64,000 nucleotides of DNA from an uncultured Holophaga sp. (GTDB lineage Bacteria; Acidobacteriota; Holophagae; Holophagales; Holophagaceae), in the NCBI GenBank assembly GCA_963664825.1, contig OY761614.1:704001-768000 (forward strand). Direction: 5' to 3'. Positions within the stretch are counted from its first letter, which is position 1, and each line of letters begins with the position of its first letter. Positions 51,200-59,356 of this stretch are shown one piece after another. A program made the translations under genes and the position numbers. Below the pieces are notes generated by a model. The model searched no databases, was not told the origin of the DNA, and worked only from the letters and a program-made list of their open reading frames with translations.

Positions 51200-51665
51200 T
51201 TAGTTGGTGCATAGCAGAACCACGTCGTAGACGTAGACTGTCGCCTGAGCGGTGTGGTAGCCGTCCTTTGCATTTCCCGCCCTCGCCGATGAGAGGGTGA
51301 CCCGTACCCGGATGGTTGTGCTGTTTGTAACTGTGATATTTGCGATCGTGACGGGACTGCTCGCGGAAAGGCTAAGGTTCGAGCCAGGGGCCGTGATGGT
51401 CTGGGAATAGGGCCATGTGGAACCGTTATCAAGAGAGATCTCCACTTTGACCGAGGCATTCGTACGGATTGTTGTATCCGCAACGGAGTTGTGCCAGGTA
51501 ACCCCTCCGAGAGTGCCACCGAGGGCGACCATCAGGACTCCATTACGCGTCCCGGTGCCACCCCAGCCCTGATAAACCCCATACGCGTAGTTGATGCCAA
51601 TAGTGGTAGCGGGAGGGGTCTGGGAATTGGTCGAATAGGTGCTAGTTTCAACGCCTGCGCTGAAA
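51200..51665 (-). pseudogene. C-terminal fragment of a tail fibre / receptor-binding-like protein
   Basis: Thr/Ser-rich beta-strand frame open well upstream of the first ATG (51532); lower GC; located near the right end. Confidence 0.55.
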
Positions 51666-51852
51666 CGCGACTGGAGGTCGTGACGGGATCATCGGTCACC
51701 GTCACATTGGGCAGCGTCCGGAGATAGACGGCCTGGGCGGCGGTGATGGGGATCGCCGTATCGGCCGTCAGTTCCAGGCCGGAGGCCGGAATGGAGGGAT
51801 CGTTGCTGGAGTTGAGGCAGAGCGTGCTGCCGGTGTGGATCGCTTTGGGCAT
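51532..51852 (-). pseudogene. Small phage protein running across a probable deletion junction near 51670
   Basis: MPKAIHTGS...; C-terminus reads out of frame over the tail-fibre fragment. Confidence 0.45.
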
Positions 51853-51856
51853 GGGG

Positions 51857-52240
51857 TCATCCGATGAGTTGGGCGAAGAGCGCCCCGACGAAAACGGGGT
51901 GGAGGCGCTCTGGGCGAGTGGTTTTGGGAACGAAATTGGTGTGGGCCTCTTCCATCCAGGCCCGAATGGCGAAAAGGGCGTCCATGGCGCTCTGGCGCCG
52001 GACCTTCTGATCCGTCCCAGGCACCACGGCGCAGAAAGCGAAGTCGATCGCATCTCCGCCACGCACGACATGGTTGCCTCCCACCACGGCCACCAGCAGG
52101 TGGGGCGCTGCCAGGTTCAGTTCGTCGTTTTCCAGATCCACCTGGCCTGCCAGGGATTCGATGGCGAATTCCCGGAGTTCAGGCAGATCGGCAGCGATCA
52201 GGGCTTCCACGGCGGATTCCTCGAGGGCAGTGACGTTCAT
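51857..52240 (-). CDS. Mu gp37-like tail terminator / completion protein
   Basis: 127 aa; assignment mainly from position after gp36-like and G-like genes. Confidence 0.5.
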   Translation of the reverse strand: MNVTALEESAVEALIAADLPELREFAIESLAGQVDLENDELNLAAPHLLVAVVGGNHVVRGGDAIDFAFCAVVPGTDQKVRRQSAMDALFAIRAWMEEAHTNFVPKTTRPERLHPVFVGALFAQLIG

Positions 52241-52821
52241 GCGCCCTCCTGGATCCGTCCGGTGAGGATGAAGGTGGTCACCATCTCGGCGTAGTTCTCC
52301 GCCTCCCCAGGCTGAAAGAGGAGGTAGGGGCGGGCGGGCATGGGAATGCCATAGGCCCCATGGGTGAAGGCCCGCTCCACGGCCCGCTTGTGATGGCCAG
52401 CCGCAAAAACCGCCAGGTGGGAATTCCGCCCCTCGGTTCCCTGCCGGAGCAGACGGCCCTTGGCGTCCGTGCGCAGGCGCACGGTGCCGCTCTTTGCAGA
52501 ACGGGGGATGATGCCCCCCTCCTGATGGATCCGGGCGTAAGGCCAATTCGAGCCGATGGCGACGGTTTTCCCCTGCACTTGGGCCACGACCGAGCGGGCC
52601 AGGTTGCCCGACCATGTGAGGATCTTGCTCTTCCCTCTGGCGGTCTTCCGCCGACGGGTGGCCTTCTTCACTTCCTGCCAGCGATCGGGGCGCCCCTCGG
52701 CCCGGAAGTTCTGCTCCGTGCTTCGGATCATCAGATCCCCGATCGCCTTCAGGACGGGCGTCGGGTCCTCCGCCCTGGCCTGGGTAGCTTGCAGACTGGT
52801 GAGCAGCTCCTGAGGTGTCAT
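52237..52821 (-). CDS. Phage virion morphogenesis protein (Mu gpG-like)
   Basis: LKAIGDLM..STEQNF..EGRPDRW, IGSNWPYARIHQEGG, MPARPYL. Confidence 0.88.
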   Translation of the reverse strand: MTPQELLTSLQATQARAEDPTPVLKAIGDLMIRSTEQNFRAEGRPDRWQEVKKATRRRKTARGKSKILTWSGNLARSVVAQVQGKTVAIGSNWPYARIHQEGGIIPRSAKSGTVRLRTDAKGRLLRQGTEGRNSHLAVFAAGHHKRAVERAFTHGAYGIPMPARPYLLFQPGEAENYAEMVTTFILTGRIQEGA

Positions 52822-53249
52822 GGGCGCCCCCCGAAGGCGCCGTCCACGGCATGGGCCGGGTCCAGCACCTCGATGCGATGAGCGGAGGTGGACCCCGCCA
52901 GGCCGCCCGGAATCGGGATCTCTCCCGAGGCCAGGCGATCCAGCAGAGCCCGACTGCGTTTGATGCGACTGTCCCAGCCCTCGGGGATCTTGGCGGCCAT
53001 GCCCTTCTGGCGGAGATAGAGGGCCTCCACCGCCAGGTCCAGGCAGATCTCCCGGAGGATCCCCTCCGGGGTGACCGGAAGGGCATGTCCAGCCAACACG
53101 CCCCGAACCTCCACCTCCGCCCGGTCCAGGACGCCCTGCAGCACCGTTTCGTCAGGAGCGGCCGCACGTCCTTCTCCGGTGGAGAGGGTGATCAGGTCCG
53201 CCTGGGAGAGGCGGGCTTGCAGGGCGGAGGGCTGGAACCATGCGCTCAT
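52818..53249 (-). CDS. Mu gp36/DUF1320-like head-tail connector
   Basis: LITLS...LDRAEVEVRGVL...LPV.P..LREICLDLAVEALY...LDRLASGEI. Confidence 0.8.
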   Translation of the reverse strand: MSAWFQPSALQARLSQADLITLSTGEGRAAAPDETVLQGVLDRAEVEVRGVLAGHALPVTPEGILREICLDLAVEALYLRQKGMAAKIPEGWDSRIKRSRALLDRLASGEIPIPGGLAGSTSAHRIEVLDPAHAVDGAFGGRP

Positions 53250-53251
53250 GG

Positions 53252-54151
53252 CTACAGCACGCCGGAGAGGCCGCGACCGAGGTCGGCGCCGACCTTCTTC
53301 ATGTCATAGGCCGCACCCAGGGCGATGACGCTGCCACCGGAATTGCCGATCTCCGGGTCTTCCCAGAGGCGCACCAGGCGCCCCCGGTCATTGGCCGCAT
53401 AGACCTGGCTGGTGGTCTTCGGGGCCTCGGAAGCATAGAGTTCCTGCCCCTCCAGCTCGAAGATGGCGGCGAAGGTGGCATCGGCCTCGCTCAGTTCGTC
53501 CTGGGGAGCGCGGTAGCAGAGGAAGACCTCGTCGCCCCAGACGTAGTCATAGACCGCCGCCCGGCCCTTGGGGGTGGTGATGCCCTTCATCTCGGGCACC
53601 AGGATCTCCTTCACCTCAAAGATCTCCGCCAGCTGGGGGAGCGTCAGGGATCCGGGCTGGGCGTTTCCGCGCAGGGCCAGCATCTTGGGGTGGTATTGCA
53701 GACGGTCCACCACCCGACGGCCCAGGACGCAGAGGTTGCTGCCCATGAGGACCTTCTGACGCAGGGCCTTCATGTCCTTGACGGGATCGGAGGCGTCGTC
53801 GGACCACTTGGTGGCCACGGCGTCGTGGGTGAATCCGGCCACCAGGACGGCGGCATCGGCTTCCACATCCATATCCAGCTTTCCCTGAAGGGTCTGAACC
53901 GCCCGATTGACGCGGTTGACCTGGAAGGGGGTGAGGGTCTGGATGCCGAAGGGCACTTCCTGGCGGAGGCCCCAATCCTTGCAGGCATAGCCGTCCGTCG
54001 TTTCACCTTCGGTGATGGACTTGGGGCGGGCTAGGCGGGCCATCTTGCCGCTCTCACGGCGGAACACGGCCTCCTTGTCGAAGAGGGTGTAGGTGCCGCC
54101 CCGGAGGGACACCGGCACTCGGTTGAAGAGCCGCCGGGCAATGGGGAGCAT
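53252..54151 (-). CDS. Major capsid protein (N-terminus probably trimmed by deletion)
   Basis: IARRLFNRVPV..GTYTLFDKE, KWSDDASDPVKD, LQYHPK, LAEIFEVKEILV, YVWG; position before gp36-like gene. Confidence 0.78.
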   Translation of the reverse strand: MLPIARRLFNRVPVSLRGGTYTLFDKEAVFRRESGKMARLARPKSITEGETTDGYACKDWGLRQEVPFGIQTLTPFQVNRVNRAVQTLQGKLDMDVEADAAVLVAGFTHDAVATKWSDDASDPVKDMKALRQKVLMGSNLCVLGRRVVDRLQYHPKMLALRGNAQPGSLTLPQLAEIFEVKEILVPEMKGITTPKGRAAVYDYVWGDEVFLCYRAPQDELSEADATFAAIFELEGQELYASEAPKTTSQVYAANDRGRLVRLWEDPEIGNSGGSVIALGAAYDMKKVGADLGRGLSGVL

Positions 54152-54312
54152 GTGCCATCGTCCTCCAACTTCCAATCAGGGGAATTCGAAGGTTGGATAA
54201 GGGAATTTGCAGGTTGTGGCGATGGCGTGCTTGGTTGTGGCGTGGTTCCGATTAGCGACACAACCGCCGCAACCTTCGGTTGCGTCGCCAAGATGGTAGC
54301 CAGGGATTCCAT
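54152..54312 (-). pseudogene. 5' stub of the gene after ner (position of the transposase A gene in Mu)
   Basis: ATG 10 nt after the ner stop; after about 53 codons runs out of frame into capsid sequence. Confidence 0.45.
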
Positions 54313-54321
54313 CGGTGATCC

Positions 54322-54654
54322 CTATGCCACATTCTCGGCCTGGCGGCCCCACATACGATTAGCTTCGAGACCAAGGCGAGTCGCAATTACATTCTCAACG
54401 GTGGCATCGCGGCGGGTACGGTCGATAACTTGATGAAAGTAGGCGTCGCTATAACCAGCCGCCTCTGCCATGGGTTTGACCTCAACACCCTTGAATTTGA
54501 GCAGGGCGCGGATGGTCTGGGACATCAGGCTGCCATCGGCGTTCACCCCACCAGCCATAATGAGTTGAACGTCCTGGGTGCTCCTCAGGAAGACATTTAG
54601 ATCTGCAGGCAAGCCATAGGCCGCCCTCTTACGTTGGGCCTTTTCGGGTAGCAT
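54322..54654 (-). CDS. Ner/Cro-like HTH regulator
   Basis: IRALLKFKGVEVKPMAEAAGYS...VENVIATRLGLEANRMW; divergent from the repressor. Confidence 0.8.
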   Translation of the reverse strand: MLPEKAQRKRAAYGLPADLNVFLRSTQDVQLIMAGGVNADGSLMSQTIRALLKFKGVEVKPMAEAAGYSDAYFHQVIDRTRRDATVENVIATRLGLEANRMWGRQAENVA

Positions 54655-54697
54655 CTTGGTCTCCAGTTGCTTTGAACACGAAGCGTGTCTGTCCACT

Positions 54698-54725
54698 AGA
54701 ATAGATTCTGAACGAATCGCGTCAA
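54698..54725 (-). promoter_or_regulatory. Putative early promoter with palindromic operator
   Basis: TTGACG-16-TATTCT on - strand; GATTC-N5-GAATC palindrome in the spacer. Confidence 0.5.
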
Positions 54726-54752
54726 CTCTTTTTTGAGTCTAAACGTATCAAA

Positions 54753-55475
54753 ATGGATAACTCCCAGCCACATGAGAGACTTACATTGGCGAGGCAAACC
54801 CTTGGCCACAGCCAACGAGCGTTCGCTATTCCCCTAGATGTCTCCCAGGCGGCCGTGCATCGCTGGGAATCAGGGGATGTAGCGTTGACACGTATCGTAT
54901 TGACCGCGATTGAACACATCCACGGGATTTCTGAGCACTGGGTCAATACTGGCGAAGGCCTTATGTGGGCCCCAAAAAACACATCTCCCGAAGGCGGCGC
55001 CGACCTGGAATACCGCCCTCTCATCTCGGGCGCGGCCTCGTGTGGCCCTGGTGGGGAGATCGCCGACCCTGGCCCAACGGCAATGCGAATGCCCTTCCGC
55101 AAAGACTTCCTCCAGGAGCTGCTCCAAGAAAGCGGTGCCGGATCCACAGAAGATCTCTATGTCGTGGAATGCTCCGGTGAATCCATGCGGCCAGCCGTCC
55201 ACCCTGGCGACATGGCTCTCATCAACACATCCCTTGAACTTCGGATACAACCCAAGCGGAACGCCCTCTACCTAGTGCGTTCCGACCCAGCCAGTGCAGA
55301 GGGCCGCATCAAGCGAGTCCGCATTGATGCCGATGGTCAGCTCTGGTTCATGTCGGATGCACCAGGCTTTCCACCAATCGCTGTCGACCTGGATAGCCTG
55401 CCCTTGCAGAGCCTCATCCTTGGCCGCATCTGCTGGCTTGCCCGCAGCGTCGTTAAGGACGAGCGGAACTGGTAG
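54753..55475 (+). CDS. CI/LexA-like repressor (XRE HTH plus S24 peptidase)
   Basis: SQRAFAIPLDVSQAAVHRWESG HTH; ASCG cleavage-like site; GESMRP and IKR catalytic motifs. Confidence 0.92.
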   Translation: MDNSQPHERLTLARQTLGHSQRAFAIPLDVSQAAVHRWESGDVALTRIVLTAIEHIHGISEHWVNTGEGLMWAPKNTSPEGGADLEYRPLISGAASCGPGGEIADPGPTAMRMPFRKDFLQELLQESGAGSTEDLYVVECSGESMRPAVHPGDMALINTSLELRIQPKRNALYLVRSDPASAEGRIKRVRIDADGQLWFMSDAPGFPPIAVDLDSLPLQSLILGRICWLARSVVKDERNW

Positions 55476-55654
55476 GCGGCTCGTTCCAAACATATTGACG
55501 GATTTAGAAGGTCCACGAAGGATCCGAAGCTCATCCGCAGCATCCGCGCATTCTTTTTGACGGATTTCCGCTTCGTTACGCGTCATCCGTCCCAAACTTA
55601 TTGACGGATTCGCAGGTATTCAGATCACCATGAAAGCCCCGCCCGCATTGAATT

Positions 55655-56821
55655 TCAGGCCATGTGCCCGAATCGGTCGTCATGCGAATCATTTCGACGG
55701 ATCACACAGACGCTGGATGCCGGCGGTGTTTTGAAACAGCCAAAGTAGTCCCGGTCCCCCTGGAGCAGGTGGTCGCGGACCACCTCCACGGCGAGGAAGG
55801 TCACCAATCGCCCCAGATCCAGGCGGCCCGCATCCAGATCCTGTTCCAGGTCCTGGATGGAACTCAACAGCCGCTGGTGCTCGGCGGCATGGGCGGGAAG
55901 GGCCGGGTAGCCAACTTCCAGAAGCCGCGCCTCCTCGTCATGGAAGTGCTGCGCCACGTGGGCGATGAGGCGCCGCAGGTGGAGCCCCAGATCGGCCGAG
56001 GGCTGGCCGCCGTCCATGGAGGCGAAGAGACTGTTCGTCAGTTCGAAGAGTTCCTGGTGCTGGGCATCGATCTGGGGCTGCCCGGAGGCGTATGCGTCGT
56101 CCCAGTTCAGCCGGAAGGGGATGGCGTGGACACCTTCCAGGAGCCCCACCACCCTCGACGCGCACTCCAGGCGGTTCCGCCCCCCCTCCTTGGCGCGATA
56201 TAGAGCCTGGTCCCCCCGGGCGATCCAGTGTTCAAACTCCTCCCCCAGCCCATACTCGGCTACGCCCAGACTCAGGGTGAGGCTTCCGCAGCCGGGAAAG
56301 ACCGTGGAGGCCACGGCCAGACGGATTTTCTCGCCCAAAGCCATCGCCCCCTCCAGGCGCGTCCCCGCCGCCAGGATCAGGAATTCCTCCCCTCCCCAAC
56401 GGGCCAGGAAATCCGAAGCCCGCAACTGCTCGCGCACCACCTCGGCCACGGTGGCCAGCACCGCGTCCCCGACGGCATGACCGTAGGTGTCGTTGACGCG
56501 CTTGAAGTAGTCCAGATCGAAGAACAGGAGGCTGAGAGGGTCCCCCCGGCGACCCGCCAGGGCGATGAGGGTAGTCCCGGCCTCCTCCAGGCGCCGACGG
56601 TTCCACAATCCCGTCAGCCGGTCGGTGCCCGCCACCCGCTCGAGGCTCTCGACAACATTGAGCAGCTCCCGGTTGGCATGTTCCGCCGCATCCCTGGCGC
56701 GTTCCGCCTCTGCCAGGTACCGACATGACCTCCTTCCACCCAGGAGATAGCCGATCCACGCCCCGCCGAGGAGGAGCGACAGACCCAGCAGCCAGGGGAT
56801 AGAGAGCATGAACCTACTCAT
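55655..56821 (-). CDS. Diguanylate cyclase with C-terminal hemerythrin domain
   Basis: DLDYFKRVNDTYGHAVGD, RWGGEEF; IDAQH, HFHDEE, HAAEH, HLLQGD. Confidence 0.92.
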   Translation of the reverse strand: MSRFMLSIPWLLGLSLLLGGAWIGYLLGGRRSCRYLAEAERARDAAEHANRELLNVVESLERVAGTDRLTGLWNRRRLEEAGTTLIALAGRRGDPLSLLFFDLDYFKRVNDTYGHAVGDAVLATVAEVVREQLRASDFLARWGGEEFLILAAGTRLEGAMALGEKIRLAVASTVFPGCGSLTLSLGVAEYGLGEEFEHWIARGDQALYRAKEGGRNRLECASRVVGLLEGVHAIPFRLNWDDAYASGQPQIDAQHQELFELTNSLFASMDGGQPSADLGLHLRRLIAHVAQHFHDEEARLLEVGYPALPAHAAEHQRLLSSIQDLEQDLDAGRLDLGRLVTFLAVEVVRDHLLQGDRDYFGCFKTPPASSVCVIRRNDSHDDRFGHMA

Positions 56822-57279
56822 CGACGGCGATGGAAGAAGGCTTGAAGCACCGCTCGGCATTCGGTCTCCAGCAATCCGCCTTCCAGGCTGAAGCGGTGGT
56901 TGAGGTTGGCCCGTTCCAGGAGCTCCCGGTGCTGGGAGACGCCCACCTTGGGATCCGGCGCGCCGTAGACCACCCGCTCCACCCGGGCGTGCGTCAGGGC
57001 GCCGAAGCACATGAGGCAGGGTTCCAGGGTCACGTAGAGGGTGGCGCCCACCATGCGGTAGTTCTTCAGCCATTCGCAGGCACTGCGCAGGGCCATGATC
57101 TCCGCGTGAGCGCTGGGGTCATGGCGCCCGACGGGGCAATTGTGGCCCCGGGCCACGAGCTGGCCGTCCAGCACCAGCACCGCCCCAATGGGCACTTCGT
57201 CCTCCCGATCCGCCTGTTCCGAGGCTTCCAGGGCGAGTTTCATGAAGTAGAGATCATCATCGGTCCACATGACGCTCAT
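56818..57279 (-). CDS. tadA: tRNA adenosine(34) deaminase
   Basis: EVPIGAV, HAE, TLEPCLMC. Confidence 0.93.
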   Translation of the reverse strand: MSVMWTDDDLYFMKLALEASEQADREDEVPIGAVLVLDGQLVARGHNCPVGRHDPSAHAEIMALRSACEWLKNYRMVGATLYVTLEPCLMCFGALTHARVERVVYGAPDPKVGVSQHRELLERANLNHRFSLEGGLLETECRAVLQAFFHRRR

Positions 57280-59117
57280 CTTCGCATTGGAGCAGTGAGC
57301 CTTGTGAAGACTTGCCATTCGCGGTCCAGGGCCACCACGTTTGCATCCCGATGCAGCTTCACCAGAGCCTCGCGCAGGAAGCCGAAAATCGGCTGGGCCG
57401 CTTCCATCCAGGCCTCCCGATCGCGGAGGTTCTGGGGAAATTGCCCCAGCCCTGTCCGGGCCTCCTGGAACCATTGGCGCATGGCCTCGAAATCCGCCTG
57501 AGAGCGCAGGGCCTCGGCGACGGCCTCGTGGACCTCCCTGGGCAGTCCCACAATCCACCGAGTCTTGGAGCCCCAGAGTTCCACCTGCTGGGCCATGTTC
57601 AACACCGAGGGATGCCGGGGATGGAAGGCCGCCCAGCTCACCCAGGCCTTCCAGAATGCGGGTTGGGAGGGCCAGTGCCGGATCGCTTCCTCCAGTTCGG
57701 GCAACACCTTCAGGGCCGCATTCGCCCAGAGATCGGGATCCGGGTGCCAGGCCTTCTCCTGGCGAAAGGGCAGAGGGATCCAGGCAAGACGGGCATCCTC
57801 GGCCAGATTCCACTCCAGCACAGGCTGGGGCATCCTCGATAGCTGAAGGGAAAATCGCTCCCGGCGCACATCCAGGTTCCCGGGATCCCGGGAAAGGCGC
57901 TCATCCAGGCGCTGCAACTGGGTCAAGCCACCCATGGCCAATCGCTCTGCCAAGGCCTGAGCGCTGGGACACGCGAGCTCCGAAGCCAGCATCGTTTCGC
58001 CCTGGAAAAGGGCCCAGCGGGGTTCTTCGGACCAGCCCAACCGCTCCCGCTGGAGGACCGTCGTCTCGGCAGCCGACTCCCACCGCAATTCCTCGGGCCC
58101 CCAGGGGACCAGGGGCACCGAGAAGCGGAGCGCCTCCCAGCGTCCCGCCCAATCGGCTTTGCCGAAGCGCACCAGGCGAAGGGGCTCGAAGGCGGGCGGC
58201 GGAGGCTGGGGCCTCAACTCCCAGGGCACCTGGGATCCCTCGCCGCTCCCCAGAAACTCACCCAGATTCACCCATCCTTCGCCCAGGATCCGCCTGGCGC
58301 TCTTGGGCTCTCGCCGCCAGGCTTCCAGCATTTCCGGCCGCATCCGCTCGGCAATGCCCCGCACCCGGGGCGATTCACCTGCCCCCACAGGCCCGAGGCC
58401 CCCCATGCGCAGGAAGTCGGCCCGGCACCGGGTCCATTGGGGCACCCTCATGAGCCCTTCCAGCCCATCGGCCATTTCCTTGAATATCTCGTCAGCCCGC
58501 ACAGCGACTGCGGTTACAGCGCTATCACCGGAACCATAACCCGACCGCTGGCCGGATCGCAACCGGGATGAGAAAGCCGTGCCTTGGCCCTCGAGATTCG
58601 CGATCCGCAGCTGCGCCAACCGAAACCCGCACTGGGCCAGGTCCAGCCATGCCTCGCCCTGCTCCGGGTGTTCCCTCAGGAAGGCCTCCCGACGCTCCCA
58701 AGTGGTCCGGTAGCCCGCGGCGGCGAGGGTCTCCAGGATCTTGTCAGCAGGGGGAACGCCGCGTCCTTCCAGGGCCTTTCGTCCCCTGGAATCCAGAAGC
58801 GCCCAGGGAAGGGGATCCGTCGGACGCTTCGCTGCGTTTCGCATTGTCTCGGCGATCCGTGGGCCTGCCGTGGAGACGAGTAGATCCCCGCCAGCCACGA
58901 GCCTGCATAGCTCGTCCTGCTGGCGCCACTCCGCTCCGGGCTGATCCCCCGAAGCCAGCTCCAATACCCAGGGCGTCGAGCGCGGACTTTGCCCCAGGAC
59001 TGGCAGCCCGAGAGAGGACTTCCGATCAGCCCGCAGTTGTTCAGGCCTCCAGGGCACAGGTGCTGGCCCTTGCGCCAGGACAGGCAGCACGAGGAGAAGG
59101 GCCGGGAGGCTGTGCAT
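57276..59117 (-). CDS. Hypothetical exported protein
   Basis: 613 aa, signal-peptide-like start, ATGA-coupled to tadA. Confidence 0.65.
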   Translation of the reverse strand: MHSLPALLLVLPVLAQGPAPVPWRPEQLRADRKSSLGLPVLGQSPRSTPWVLELASGDQPGAEWRQQDELCRLVAGGDLLVSTAGPRIAETMRNAAKRPTDPLPWALLDSRGRKALEGRGVPPADKILETLAAAGYRTTWERREAFLREHPEQGEAWLDLAQCGFRLAQLRIANLEGQGTAFSSRLRSGQRSGYGSGDSAVTAVAVRADEIFKEMADGLEGLMRVPQWTRCRADFLRMGGLGPVGAGESPRVRGIAERMRPEMLEAWRREPKSARRILGEGWVNLGEFLGSGEGSQVPWELRPQPPPPAFEPLRLVRFGKADWAGRWEALRFSVPLVPWGPEELRWESAAETTVLQRERLGWSEEPRWALFQGETMLASELACPSAQALAERLAMGGLTQLQRLDERLSRDPGNLDVRRERFSLQLSRMPQPVLEWNLAEDARLAWIPLPFRQEKAWHPDPDLWANAALKVLPELEEAIRHWPSQPAFWKAWVSWAAFHPRHPSVLNMAQQVELWGSKTRWIVGLPREVHEAVAEALRSQADFEAMRQWFQEARTGLGQFPQNLRDREAWMEAAQPIFGFLREALVKLHRDANVVALDREWQVFTRLTAPMRR

Positions 59118-59208
59118 GGAATGGATCCAAGGAAGAAAGAAGTATTGTCTCCTGGGTGGCCCTCAAATTCGAGACTGTTTCTCAACCCAATTCAGTTCCA
59201 CAATCCAC

Positions 59209-59275
59209 AAGGTCTCCACCAGGAGGCCTATCCATGAAAGCGCCGCCAGGGCATGTCTGGCGGCGCTTTTTCTAG
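59209..59275 (+). promoter_or_regulatory. Candidate attenuator / leader of carAB
   Basis: Hairpin AGGTCTCC-ACCA-GGAGGCCT; terminator AAAGCGCCGCCAG...CTGGCGGCGCTTTTT; 13-aa uORF 59234-59275. Confidence 0.55.
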
Positions 59276-59356
59276 AAGGAGGCACGCGTGAGGGCACACC
59301 TGATCCTGCAGGACGGCACCACCTTCCGGGGCAGGGCACCCCTGGGCTTCGGGGGC

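Larger units (their letters stand above)
50766..55706 (-). mobile_element. 4941-bp non-autonomous mini-Mu-like element with both ends intact
   Basis: TGT...ACA termini; 5-bp duplication CAGAC at 50761-50765 and 55707-55711; repeated ATCCGTCA-type sites at both ends. Confidence 0.92.

Noticed and set aside
50766..55706. Tn7-like or CAST element (TGT...ACA ends, 5-bp duplication)
   Set aside because: No tns, tniQ or cas genes; cargo and gene order are those of a Mu-like phage.
59205..59230. Canonical PyrR-binding loop in the carA leader
   Set aside because: Only loose resemblance to the AGUCCAGAGAGGCU-type motif; not supportable.
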